Source: Limisphaerales bacterium (GTDB taxonomy: Bacteria > Patescibacteriota > Microgenomatia > UBA1400 > PJMF01). Taken from it: a DNA stretch of 64,000 bases. This document shows, in pieces, positions 38,152-47,879 of this stretch. The position numbers were made by a program, and so were the translations under genes. The DNA lies in contig JBILGT010000002.1 of assembly GCA_044350895.1 (NCBI GenBank), positions 36,554 to 100,553 on the forward strand, in the 5' to 3' direction. The first letter of the stretch is position 1. Every line of letters begins with the position of its first letter. Under the pieces are notes generated by a model. It did no database searches. It had not been told where the DNA came from and worked only from the letters and a program-made list of their open reading frames with translations.

Positions 38152-39675
38152 ATGCAGCAATCAACACTTTCTAATGAAGAAGTTTCTACAATTTGGCAAC
38201 AGTACTGCAACTTACTCCAAAAAGAGATGTCTTCTGCAGTTTACAACACGTGGATTCTCTCAAATCCCATTACAGAAATTGAGGTTATAGATGACACAAA
38301 AGCCGTTGTCACCATTACTAGTCCAACAGCTTTCCACTCCACAAACCTCAAAAAGAACTTACATATGCAAGTCAAACAAGCATTAGATGTTCTTCTACAA
38401 AGAAATTGTGAAGTTTCATATTTAGTGGGTGATCCACAAAAGAAACGAGAAACTCCAAAAGAACCTGCTACAGGATTCACACAAGTGGTTTCAGCTTCGT
38501 TTACACAGCAACAGTTTGCAGCTACTTCTACTCCACCGGCATTTGCCAATCACACACAAAACCAATCCCCGCGGGTTGAAGATTTATTTTCTGAGAATAC
38601 GATGATGAATGCAGCAGAAGAACGTATTCAAATGCAAGCGCGCGGCATTGGTTTGAGAATTGATTACACCTTTGCCACGTTTGCAGTCTCCACCACCAAC
38701 GAAATGGCACATGCAGCAGCTACAGCAGTATCAAACAGACCAGGTCAGTCATACAATCCACTCTTTCTATATGGTGGTGTGGGTGTCGGCAAAACGCATC
38801 TCATGCACGCGATTGGCCATAATATTTTGAGAGCAAATCCGAATGCCAAGATTATCTACTGTACTGGTGAAGAGTTTACCAATGACATTGTGCATGCCAT
38901 TCAAACAAAAAAGGCTAGCCACTTCAAAGATCGCTATAGATCAGCAAATGTTTTATTAATTGACGATATTCAGTTTATTGCTGGTAAAAACGCTGTCCAA
39001 GAAGAGTTTTTTCACACATTTAACGCACTTACCAAGCAATTTAGCCAAATAGTGCTTACTTCAGATCGGCCACCTCACGAAATAACATTACTTGAGGATC
39101 GGCTGAGATCACGCTTTGAAGCTGGACTGATGATTGATATTCAACAACCATCATTTGAATTAAGAACAGCAATAGTCCTAGTAAAAGCCAAAGCACAACA
39201 AATCGCAATCACCATAGATCTTGCAAAAGTGATTGCTTCAAAAGTCGAGAGTGCCCGAAAGATAGAAGGCATTATCACGAGTATTCGATCCGAAATTGAA
39301 CTTAAACACCGAGAGCTCAACCTAGAATTGATTGAAGATATTCTGCAAGTAGAAGTCGAAGTTAAACGACCTCGGATAAAAGTTGCTCCTGCTGATGTCA
39401 TTAAAACTGTGGCTAATCACTATCACGTTAAGCAGTCATCATTAAAAGGTTCAAGTAGGCTTAAAAGTCTTGTTACAGCGCGTCATATCGCGATGTATTT
39501 ACTCAAAAAAGAGCTTTCTTTACCACTCACCGAAATCGGTCGTTGGTTTGCAAGTCGTGACCACACTAGTGTGTTACATGCAGTGAAAAAAGTCGAAAAA
39601 GATATGGCGCTCAGTGATGAATTGCGTCAGGATGTGTCAGCACTCCAGATGACATTGGCTGCGATTTCAAAATAA
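38152..39675 (+). CDS. dnaA: Chromosomal replication initiator DnaA
   Basis: YNPLFLYGGVGVGKTHL, LLIDDIQF, QEEFFHTFN, RLRSRF..G, RDHTSVLHA. Confidence 0.98.
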   Translation: MQQSTLSNEEVSTIWQQYCNLLQKEMSSAVYNTWILSNPITEIEVIDDTKAVVTITSPTAFHSTNLKKNLHMQVKQALDVLLQRNCEVSYLVGDPQKKRETPKEPATGFTQVVSASFTQQQFAATSTPPAFANHTQNQSPRVEDLFSENTMMNAAEERIQMQARGIGLRIDYTFATFAVSTTNEMAHAAATAVSNRPGQSYNPLFLYGGVGVGKTHLMHAIGHNILRANPNAKIIYCTGEEFTNDIVHAIQTKKASHFKDRYRSANVLLIDDIQFIAGKNAVQEEFFHTFNALTKQFSQIVLTSDRPPHEITLLEDRLRSRFEAGLMIDIQQPSFELRTAIVLVKAKAQQIAITIDLAKVIASKVESARKIEGIITSIRSEIELKHRELNLELIEDILQVEVEVKRPRIKVAPADVIKTVANHYHVKQSSLKGSSRLKSLVTARHIAMYLLKKELSLPLTEIGRWFASRDHTSVLHAVKKVEKDMALSDELRQDVSALQMTLAAISK

Positions 39676-39943
39676 CCCAGGAGTTTTTCACACCTGTTGA
39701 AAACTTTGTGAATAACTTATGCATAACCTAGTGGACAGAATGTGCATGATTTTTACTGAATGTGTGCAACAGAAAGTTACTCACACAGCTGGACACAGCA
39801 ATTCACATTAGTTATTAACATTCACAAGCGGCGTGAGTTCACATATAATCCACAGTATTGCAACCAGATCAGAAAGCCGTCCTTTTCAACAAAGCGCAAC
39901 TAGCCTACTATTACTACAACTAAATTTATATATATAAAGTTTT
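39676..39943. other. oriC: Replication origin (oriC): DnaA-box cluster, DnaA-trio-like tract and AT-rich unwinding element
   Basis: TTTTTCACA 39684-39692, TGTGAATAA 39707-39715, several 1-mismatch boxes (e.g. TAATCCACA 39846-39854), then GCC-TACTATTACTACAACTA-AATTTATATATATAAA before dnaN. Confidence 0.85.
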
Positions 39944-41053
39944 ATGCAAATTGTCGTATTACAAGAAAATTTACAGCACGCACTTAACTATATTCAAAAG
40001 GCAATTCCCGCTAAAGCACAGCTTCCCGTACTCTCTTCCATTCTCATAACAACAACAGAATCAACCTGTACTATTGGAGCAACTGATTTGTACTTTGGGG
40101 TGAGAGCTACAATGCCAGCTCAAATTGAAACTTCCGGAACAGTCGCTGTACCTGGTAAAGAGTTTAGAGAGATAATTGGTTCGCTTCCAGCTGGTGAAAT
40201 TAAACTAAGTTTTACTGCAAGTACCTTGACAATAGTTGCAGGGAGAACGACCTGTACACTCCAGTGTCAAGAAAGTGATGAGTATCCCCCATTCCCTCAA
40301 GTCACCGGTGAAGTTGCAACACTATCCACCAAAATCCTCGAAACGATTTCCCAAGTGGTCCTCTATAGTGCGTCAAACGATCAAGCTCGTCCATTACTCA
40401 CAGGAGTTCTCTTCAATTTAACCGCAGAATCCACCCGAGTTGTCACAACTGACGGATTTAGATTATCAATTGCTGATTTTTCACCAATGCCTGGACAACA
40501 ACCGATTCAATTCATACTGCCCGTTCGTGCCGTCAGTGAAGTTTGTCGTATAGCTGCCCAACTAAAGAGTGAAACTGTTGTTTTCACTGTTTCAAGTGAG
40601 TTGAAGCAGGTTTTTATTACCTTTGATGGCATTGAAGTATATGCCCGAGTTCTAGAAGGTGACTATCCCCCATATGAAAAGATAGTCCCTGCTCTCTTTA
40701 CAACAGAAGTGGTTCTATCTAGTGATGAACTACTTGAACAGGTAAAACGAGCTACAATCTTTTCAAGAGACACATCAAGTATTGTGCAACTCGAAATTAC
40801 TCCTGAAAAAGTAGTCGTAAAGGCAGCCTCTTCAACACTCGGTAACTATTCAGGTGAAGTGGGTAATGCGCAAATCACCGGAAGCGGTGGTACTATCGCA
40901 TTTAAATCAAAGTATATTCTCGACTTTTTACAAGCTGCTAAGCAAACTGAAGTCTGGTTTGGCATGAGTGATAGTTTAAAACCAGCGATGTTTCAGTCAA
41001 AAGAACTAAATGGATATAGATATGTAGTTATGCCATTCCGTGTAACGACATAG
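39944..41053 (+). CDS. dnaN: DNA polymerase III beta sliding clamp
   Basis: [43 protein letters not shown]; follows dnaA. Confidence 0.97.
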   Translation: MQIVVLQENLQHALNYIQKAIPAKAQLPVLSSILITTTESTCTIGATDLYFGVRATMPAQIETSGTVAVPGKEFREIIGSLPAGEIKLSFTASTLTIVAGRTTCTLQCQESDEYPPFPQVTGEVATLSTKILETISQVVLYSASNDQARPLLTGVLFNLTAESTRVVTTDGFRLSIADFSPMPGQQPIQFILPVRAVSEVCRIAAQLKSETVVFTVSSELKQVFITFDGIEVYARVLEGDYPPYEKIVPALFTTEVVLSSDELLEQVKRATIFSRDTSSIVQLEITPEKVVVKAASSTLGNYSGEVGNAQITGSGGTIAFKSKYILDFLQAAKQTEVWFGMSDSLKPAMFQSKELNGYRYVVMPFRVTT

Positions 41054-41055
41054 TC

Positions 41056-41064
41056 TGCTATAAT
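41056..41064 (+). promoter_or_regulatory. Extended -10 promoter of rpmH operon
   Basis: TGcTATAAT, 12 nt before ATG 41077. Confidence 0.6.
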
Positions 41065-41076
41065 ACCTTTTCTGTT

Positions 41077-41214
41077 ATGACAAAACGTACCTGGAACCCA
41101 AAAAAGAAAAAACGAGCTCGTAAACACGGCTTCTTAAAACGCATGCTATCAGTTGGTGGCAGAAACGTTTTAAAGCGTCGTCGTGCAAAAGGTCGTCAAC
41201 GACTTGCTGTCTAA
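41077..41214 (+). CDS. rpmH: 50S ribosomal protein L34 (absent from ORF track because <60 aa)
   Basis: Translates [45 protein letters not shown]. Confidence 0.97.
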   Translation: MTKRTWNPKKKKRARKHGFLKRMLSVGGRNVLKRRRAKGRQRLAV

Positions 41215-41220
41215 ATAGTA

Positions 41221-41553
41221 ATGCTTGCAAAACAATTTAACTTTAAGCTTCGTTCAGATAGAGAGTTTTTCTCCAACGCTTCCAAAACTCGATTACATCC
41301 GTTTACTGTATTCTTGCAAGAAGTACCTAGTTCTTTTGCTATTACTATTCTCGTACCAAAGCGCGTAGTTGCGCTTGCTACAAAAAGAAATAGAATAAAA
41401 AGGCTTTTGTATCAGGAATTACAGAAGCATCTGGATGCTTTACAAGAACTGCATCTGCACTGTGTAATTGTTCTACAATCTCAAATTCCAGATCAAAAAG
41501 TGAGCATAGCTGTTGATAAATTAAAAATGTATCTAACAGCGGTACGGGCATGA
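41221..41553 (+). CDS. rnpA: Ribonuclease P protein component
   Basis: ATKRNRIKR (RNR motif); follows rpmH. Confidence 0.9.
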   Translation: MLAKQFNFKLRSDREFFSNASKTRLHPFTVFLQEVPSSFAITILVPKRVVALATKRNRIKRLLYQELQKHLDALQELHLHCVIVLQSQIPDQKVSIAVDKLKMYLTAVRA

Positions 41554-41741
41554 AATTACTAGAAAAACTATATATAATTAGTAAAACAGTACGATATATA
41601 TTTCTTTTTTCTGTATTTGGTGTTGTTAGTAAATGTAAACATACACCTACTTGTGGACACTACTTTGTCCAAACAATAAGAAAAGAAGGAATTTTACAAG
41701 GAATATATAAGGGAGTACCACGTATAATAGCCTGTTACTGA
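41550..41741 (+). CDS. yidD: Membrane protein insertion efficiency factor YidD (short form)
   Basis: CKHTPTCGHY...G...RIIAC; lies between rnpA and yidC. Confidence 0.8.
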   Translation: MKLLEKLYIISKTVRYIFLFSVFGVVSKCKHTPTCGHYFVQTIRKEGILQGIYKGVPRIIACY

Positions 41742-41754
41742 GGAGCAATACCGT

Positions 41755-42519
41755 ATGCAACCAATTATTGATGTCATATCAAACTTTATACTTTTTCTCT
41801 ATCAGCTTACTGGCAATTTAGGTGCTGCGTTAATCCTCTTCACACTAGCCATTAGGTCAGTTCTCTTCCCACTCACTCTTTCTTCACTGAAAGCTGGCAA
41901 TAACATCAAAAAATTACAACCAGAATTAAAAGAATTACAGAAAAAACATAAGGGCGATAAAACTGCTATGCAGCAAGCCCAAATGGATTTGTATAAAAAA
42001 TATAATGTAAATCCCCTAGCCGGCTGTTTACCACAGTTACTACAAATTGGTGTGCTCATTGTTTTATACCAAGTATTAGTAGAGTTTTTAGCTCAATCAG
42101 AAATTCACGGAATTCAAATTAATCCATCATTTTTGTGGCTACAACTCAATCACCCAGATCCAACCTACATTTTGCCGGTTCTAGCTGGTGTCACTCAATT
42201 AATACTTTCTCTCATGATTGCTCCTGGTGCCGAAAAGACTGATGAAGTTCCAAACCAGAGTAAAAAGAAAAAGGTTCAAGAAGAAAACAAAAAAGAAGAA
42301 GATTTTGCTGAAATGGCGCAATCTATGCAGCAGCAGATGATTTTTATTATGCCTGTAATGACTGGTATACTAGCACTTCAGTTTCCAGCTGGTTTGTCAC
42401 TGTACTGGGTAATCACTACCCTCTTTAGCATTGGACAACAGTGGTATGTTTCTGGCTGGGGTGGCTTAGTCATGTACTTACAAAGAATACAAAATGTAAT
42501 GACACAAAAACGTGTTTGA
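41755..42519 (+). CDS. yidC: Membrane protein insertase YidC/Oxa1 (short, monoderm type)
   Basis: LQPELKELQKK, LYKKYNVNPLAGCLP, PAGLSLYW. Confidence 0.95.
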   Translation: MQPIIDVISNFILFLYQLTGNLGAALILFTLAIRSVLFPLTLSSLKAGNNIKKLQPELKELQKKHKGDKTAMQQAQMDLYKKYNVNPLAGCLPQLLQIGVLIVLYQVLVEFLAQSEIHGIQINPSFLWLQLNHPDPTYILPVLAGVTQLILSLMIAPGAEKTDEVPNQSKKKKVQEENKKEEDFAEMAQSMQQQMIFIMPVMTGILALQFPAGLSLYWVITTLFSIGQQWYVSGWGGLVMYLQRIQNVMTQKRV

Positions 42520-42532
42520 AGAAAGGAATAGT

Positions 42533-42997
42533 ATGACAATTGATACATTTGTTCGCAATTTATGTGAACACTGTGGAGTTGATTCAGAAGTTTTAGAAGT
42601 TTCTGTTGAAGATTCTTCAGAAATGATGATGATAACCATTTCACTTCCAGAAGAAGATTCTGGTCGTTTTATTGGTTTTCATGGAGAAACACTTGAGTCA
42701 ATTCAACGAGTGCTTCGGGTGATCTTCTCTGAAGAATATCCTGAAAAGAAAATTGTGCTCAATATTAATGAGTACCGCCAAGAGCGTGAACGTAAATTAC
42801 AAGAATTGACAAAAAATGTGGCGGAGCGTGTTCTCGAAACAGGCCAAACCTACACATTCCAGTCTTATTTACCTGCACATGAGCGTTTTGTTATTCACTC
42901 AACTCTAGGTGAGCTTCCAGAAAATGAAAAGCTTGAAAGCGTCTCAACTGGTGAAGGCAAAGAACGAAGATTGAGTATTCGCATGAAAGCGGAATAA
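42533..42997 (+). CDS. jag: Jag/KhpB (KH + R3H) RNA-binding protein
   Basis: FIGFHGETLESIQ, ERFVIH, SVSTGEGKERR. Confidence 0.88.
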   Translation: MTIDTFVRNLCEHCGVDSEVLEVSVEDSSEMMMITISLPEEDSGRFIGFHGETLESIQRVLRVIFSEEYPEKKIVLNINEYRQERERKLQELTKNVAERVLETGQTYTFQSYLPAHERFVIHSTLGELPENEKLESVSTGEGKERRLSIRMKAE

Positions 42998-43000
42998 TCT

Positions 43001-43417
43001 ATGGATATTCAGATATTCACTGATGGTGGTTCACGAGGAAATCCCGGTCCTGCAGCAATTGGTGTTGTCGTCAGATCAGCTGATGAAGCAACGCTTTTTG
43101 AAGTTGGGAAAACCATTGGTGTCGGAACCAACAACGAAGCTGAGTACCAAGCATTTCTACTTTCACTAGAATGGCTAAAATCCCAAACAACTGTGTCTCA
43201 AATTACTTCAGTTACCTGGAAACTTGATTCCAAGCTTGTTGTAGAACAACTCAACAAAAAATGGAAAATCAAAGAGCCACGAATGCTACAGTACGCGCAA
43301 AATTGCTGGAAAGACTTGAGTGCTCTGACTCATAAATATGTGATCACACATATTCCTAGAGAACTCAATTCCCAGGCAGATGCGCTTGCTAATCAAGCCT
43401 TAGATACACAAGTATAG
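43001..43417 (+). CDS. rnhA: Ribonuclease HI
   Basis: FTDGGSRGNPGPA, TNNEAEY, DSKLV, HIPRELNSQADALAN. Confidence 0.93.
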   Translation: MDIQIFTDGGSRGNPGPAAIGVVVRSADEATLFEVGKTIGVGTNNEAEYQAFLLSLEWLKSQTTVSQITSVTWKLDSKLVVEQLNKKWKIKEPRMLQYAQNCWKDLSALTHKYVITHIPRELNSQADALANQALDTQV

Positions 43418-43472
43418 ATTGTTTGACCTATACGTATCCAAAATTCTTTCTTAGAATAGAACGGGTATACGT

Positions 43473-46400
43473 ATGGCACTGAATCAATTTACTACTGAAT
43501 TTTTCGAAACAGACATAACCATTGTTGTTTTAGACACAACAAATATTTTTGCCGAGCATTTTCAGACAATTCTTGAAAGTAAAAATTTGCAGGTTTCCAT
43601 TTTTGGAGCTGAACCAGATCTCATTGCTACCAAAACTGATCTACTTTCCACCGCGTATAAAATAATTCTCTGTCTCTCACCCGCTGCTTATCCTGATTCT
43701 TTTGAAGAACTACTGCAATCATTACAACCATTTCAAGAAAAATTGGTTGTAGTAATGCCAATTATTAGTGGAACTCAACTGCAAGTTCCTGGAGAAATTC
43801 CTTTTTTCACTGAGTTTTTAAGTTCTCAAAGGAAGGTGTTGTCAATTTGTAATGATATTTTGCCTCAGTCAGCTTTTATTTTTGGTCAAGACCTGATAGT
43901 TCAGCCTGGAGAAGGACTACTTCTAGACTTGTTTTCACAGCAAATCCAAAAGGGATTTGTGTTTGCTCCTACTGTTTCTTTTTCACCACACACACTTCCT
44001 GCTTTTATTGAAGCTGCCACAGAACAACTATTTCAAGCATACAGAACGAGTACTGTAATTCGAGGTCGAACCAAGGCTGCTTTAAAAATAGCTCAAAAAA
44101 TCAGTCACCAATATGAAGGTTACTATTTTTGCGATGTTGCGCTCCAACCAGTGGATGCCGTTGAAGTTGAAACAATCCCTTTCACTGTCAAAGAAGTGGT
44201 TGTATCAGAAGAAGATGACGCTGTAACAGCTTGGTATACCAAACAACTTCCTTCACCAGAACAGCCCCCGTTTTTTAATGCCGCACAACTATCATTTTTA
44301 GGAACCCACCAAGAAACAGATATCCCAAACACACAATTACCGCCTGCAAACTATCCTTATCAAGACGTGACTTTGGAAGAAATGCCATCTCTAGAACCAG
44401 AAGTTCCAGACGAACTTCTCCCAGCTATGCCAGAAGAAATCGGACTAAGAACACAAGATATTCCTCAAGTAGCACTTACCCCACCGGAAAACGAAACGGC
44501 GATGCCATTCTCTAATACGCCAATTAAAATTCAAAAAATTGATTTTAATGTCAGTTCAGAAATTCAGCGTATTTTTGCCGAAACACGCCAAGAAAAAAAG
44601 ACTGAACGAGTTACTTCTCTCGTCAAAGCTCAAACACGTATTAAAAAAAAGTCAAAAAAAAGAACAACACTTTTTTATGGTGGACTAGCATTTACTGGTA
44701 TGGGATTGGGTGTGTTACTACTCATGACTGTTTTTATGATGAGTTTTTACCTACTCAAGAACTCGCTGCTTTCAGTTATGGCAGCTACAACGAGAAATGA
44801 ACCAATCGCCGCGTCACAGTGGAGTCGGCTGAAAGGTTTTACTAGACTGGTTGCTGCTCAAACCACTAGTTATAAAGCCATTGTAAGTTTGCCACAAATT
44901 GAAGAAGCAGAACACGCAGTCACTGTCAGTAGAAAATTAAGTGAACTTTCCCAGAATCTTTCGGTGAGAGATGAAGACCTTAAAAGCTTAGTTTTAACTG
45001 TATTAGGTAGTCATACTGGTAACATAGACGAACTAGCCGAAAATGTGGGTCGTGAATCACTCACAGCGCACGAAAACCTTGAAACAATAGAAAACGAATT
45101 GAGTCAGATAGAATTTTCAGATTCAGGTTCTGTAGATGAGTTGGTAGCAACATATCAAAAGCAAGTTGAAGACCTTAAAAAACAATCCTTTGTTCAACAA
45201 CAACTCCAGCCCATCCTGCACCCGGTTTTTGGACAGTCACAAAAAAGAACATATGCAGTTCTCTTCCAGAACAACCAAGAATTACGACCAACGGGTGGCT
45301 TCATTGAGGCAGTGGCATTGCTCACTTTCGACAAGGGATCACTCATAGATCACAGTATCTATACATCCTACGAAGTTCATAAGAAATTGCCTGGTGAAGT
45401 CACCGCTCCGGCTGAACTTACAAAGGCAACTGGCGAAAAGGTATATTTCTTCCATGATTCAAACTGGAATCCAGATTTTCCTAAAGCAGCAGATCAAGTT
45501 AAGTGGTTTGTTGAAAAAGGGTTTAACACCAAAATTGATGGCGTTATTGCTGTAGATTTATATGGCATTCAGAATATTCTCGAATCAACTGGACCACTAG
45601 ATCTGCCTGAATACAATGAAGTTATTACCAGTAAAAATCTACTTGAACGAATGGAGTTTCATTCTGAAGTGGTGCTGGTTGAATCAGCTAAAAACCAGGA
45701 CTATCGTAAGTTACTCTTCTCTCGTCTCCTTGAAAAGGTACTTGCTCTCCCCGCTGAAAAAGTTGCTTCGTTCTTAACTGCACTTCAAACCTCTTTCTCA
45801 CAAAAAGATGCGCTTATTGCACTTTCTAATCAAGATGAACAGCAGCCGTTTCAGAGCCTTGGCTGGAGTGGAGCTCAAATTGTGCCACGCTGCCCAAGTG
45901 AGTTCTCTGGCAGTTCTTGTCTGGTTGACCCATTTATGCAGGTGGAAGCAAATGTTGGTGTAAATAAAGCAAACTACTACTTAAAAAGGAGTATAGATCA
46001 TACTATTTCACTGTCCTCTACCCTTGCTGCTCACCGAAGAACTATCAACTTTGAAAATACCGCGCAACTTGATGCTTGGCCAAAAGGTCCATATAAAAAC
46101 TACATGAGATTTTACTTACCTGCCACCGCTTCCAAACCCACAATTATGGTGGGTGGTGCTCCCCTAGCTGATGCACAAATTACAAAAACTCAGGAAAATG
46201 GACAGACAGTACTTGGTTTTATGGTTGAAGTCCCTATTCAATCCAAAAAACAAGTTGTGCTCGAATACTCAATTCCGCTCACCACCACAAGTGAGGCTGA
46301 CTTTTCATATCTGTTCTTCAATAACAAGCAACCAGGCACAGGTGAAACACCATTCCTCTTGAGAATACTCCCTGCCCCATCTCTACGCCCACAACTAATT

Positions 46401-46496
46401 GCTCCTCAAGCATCTGTAGCTGCTGATGGCATTGTTTTCACCAAACCAAGTGATGAAACAAGCATCTATGGTATCCAATTTAGTCAAGCAAACTAA
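43473..46496 (+). CDS. DUF4012-type membrane-anchored protein with long cytoplasmic N-terminus
   Basis: YAVLFQNNQELRPTGGFI, DSNWNPDFP, IDGVIAVD, ANVGVNKANYY; one central TM. Confidence 0.75.
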   Translation: MALNQFTTEFFETDITIVVLDTTNIFAEHFQTILESKNLQVSIFGAEPDLIATKTDLLSTAYKIILCLSPAAYPDSFEELLQSLQPFQEKLVVVMPIISGTQLQVPGEIPFFTEFLSSQRKVLSICNDILPQSAFIFGQDLIVQPGEGLLLDLFSQQIQKGFVFAPTVSFSPHTLPAFIEAATEQLFQAYRTSTVIRGRTKAALKIAQKISHQYEGYYFCDVALQPVDAVEVETIPFTVKEVVVSEEDDAVTAWYTKQLPSPEQPPFFNAAQLSFLGTHQETDIPNTQLPPANYPYQDVTLEEMPSLEPEVPDELLPAMPEEIGLRTQDIPQVALTPPENETAMPFSNTPIKIQKIDFNVSSEIQRIFAETRQEKKTERVTSLVKAQTRIKKKSKKRTTLFYGGLAFTGMGLGVLLLMTVFMMSFYLLKNSLLSVMAATTRNEPIAASQWSRLKGFTRLVAAQTTSYKAIVSLPQIEEAEHAVTVSRKLSELSQNLSVRDEDLKSLVLTVLGSHTGNIDELAENVGRESLTAHENLETIENELSQIEFSDSGSVDELVATYQKQVEDLKKQSFVQQQLQPILHPVFGQSQKRTYAVLFQNNQELRPTGGFIEAVALLTFDKGSLIDHSIYTSYEVHKKLPGEVTAPAELTKATGEKVYFFHDSNWNPDFPKAADQVKWFVEKGFNTKIDGVIAVDLYGIQNILESTGPLDLPEYNEVITSKNLLERMEFHSEVVLVESAKNQDYRKLLFSRLLEKVLALPAEKVASFLTALQTSFSQKDALIALSNQDEQQPFQSLGWSGAQIVPRCPSEFSGSSCLVDPFMQVEANVGVNKANYYLKRSIDHTISLSSTLAAHRRTINFENTAQLDAWPKGPYKNYMRFYLPATASKPTIMVGGAPLADAQITKTQENGQTVLGFMVEVPIQSKKQVVLEYSIPLTTTSEADFSYLFFNNKQPGTGETPFLLRILPAPSLRPQLIAPQASVAADGIVFTKPSDETSIYGIQFSQAN

Positions 46497-46581
46497 AATA
46501 AAACTGATATAATTGATCATCTGGCTTGTGCAAAACAAGAAAGTATATTAGTAAATACATATTTATTACACATCAAAACAT

Positions 46582-47262
46582 ATGACAAACTCACAAAAGG
46601 CAATTCTCCACGTGCGCGAAAGATCTATTACTGGAAAGAAAAGTAAACAACTGCATCAACAGGGCTTTATTCCTGCTAACGTATTTGGCTTAAATCAAGA
46701 ATCTGAATCAATCGAATTACAAACAGCAGTCTTTAAAAAACTCCTGGAAGTGCAGGGCGACACTACGCTTTTGTACTTACAAGTTGGAGCAGATAAACAA
46801 ATTCCTACCTTGATTGGTGAAATCCAATACAACCCAGTTACTGATGAGCCAATTCACGTTTCCTTCAAGAGAGTTAACCTTAAAGTCAAAGTTACTTCCG
46901 AAATTTCTGTTGAAACAGTTGGTACTTTTGAAGTTCCAGATGCAACAGTCGTTCTTACTCGTAATATGCTTGAAATTGAAGCATTACCTGCTGACTTACC
47001 AGAAATGTTTGAAGTTGATATCTCTGGTCTAACTGAAGTAGGGCAGACATTGCATCTTTCAGATGTGGCATTTGATCGAGATAAAATCACTGTTCTTTTA
47101 TCTGAAGAAGAATTAGAAGCTCCAATCGTTATCGTCCAAAAGGTTGAAAAAGAAGTTGAAGAAACTCCTGCAGAGACCACTGAAGGTGCTGAAACACCAG
47201 CCGGAGAAGCTGCACCAGCTGCTGAAGGTGAAACACCAGCAACTGAAGAGAAAAAAGAATAG
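46582..47262 (+). CDS. rplY: 50S ribosomal protein L25/Ctc
   Basis: R...GK..KQL..G.IPANVFG, Q.NPV....HVSF, EALPADLPE, acidic tail. Confidence 0.93.
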   Translation: MTNSQKAILHVRERSITGKKSKQLHQQGFIPANVFGLNQESESIELQTAVFKKLLEVQGDTTLLYLQVGADKQIPTLIGEIQYNPVTDEPIHVSFKRVNLKVKVTSEISVETVGTFEVPDATVVLTRNMLEIEALPADLPEMFEVDISGLTEVGQTLHLSDVAFDRDKITVLLSEEELEAPIVIVQKVEKEVEETPAETTEGAETPAGEAAPAAEGETPATEEKKE

Positions 47263-47287
47263 TTTTACTCAAGTAAAATTAAAAATT

Positions 47288-47314
47288 AAAGACCTCCCAC
47301 AAGGAGGTCTTTTT
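47288..47314. terminator. Intrinsic terminator after rplY, possibly bidirectional
   Basis: AAAGACCTCC-cacaa-GGAGGTCTTT followed by T run. Confidence 0.85.
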
Positions 47315-47410
47315 AGTTGTCATTCCTACAAATAGGGGAGTCTAAATTAATATGAAATGCGCAAATTGCATGAGATTAGAATTTACTGCTGAAGAAAAGT
47401 AGGTCTAAGA

Positions 47411-47842
47411 TTATTTTGTAGAATTTGTCGAAAAAATCTCGTTGTTAGGATCGAGTTTTTGAGCTTCTTCCCAATAAATGTATGAGTCTTTCTGGTTGTG
47501 AATAGCTCGCTCCAAAAGTGAAACGTTAATCAATATATCTCGATGTTCAGGTTGTATTTGTAGTATTCTTTGGTATTCATCAAGTTTTTTTTCAAGATCG
47601 TTCCGAGTGAAAACAATGTTCTCGTGGGGTGTTTTAGTTTGCAGTTCTACTTGAGTAATCTGTTGTTCATAAATACGAGCCTGAACAGTTTTAATGTTTA
47701 ATCCCACACCGCATAAAATAAGTAAAAAGAGAATAAAACTCCAGAGAACTGGCAGGATATGAATGACGTAGTAGGAACTGAGATCAAGAAAAAAGAAAAA
47801 TAAATACAAAATAAGACGGGCACGCAGAATCACAGAAGACAT
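47411..47842 (-). CDS. Membrane-anchored TPR-like hypothetical protein
   Basis: N-terminal hydrophobic segments; YQRILQIQPEHRD..WEEAQKLDPNN; TATAAT 7 nt before ATG 47842. Confidence 0.6.
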   Translation of the reverse strand: MSSVILRARLILYLFFFFLDLSSYYVIHILPVLWSFILFLLILCGVGLNIKTVQARIYEQQITQVELQTKTPHENIVFTRNDLEKKLDEYQRILQIQPEHRDILINVSLLERAIHNQKDSYIYWEEAQKLDPNNEIFSTNSTK

Positions 47843-47879
47843 TCTGTAAATTATACCCACAAATCAGGGGACTGTGTAG

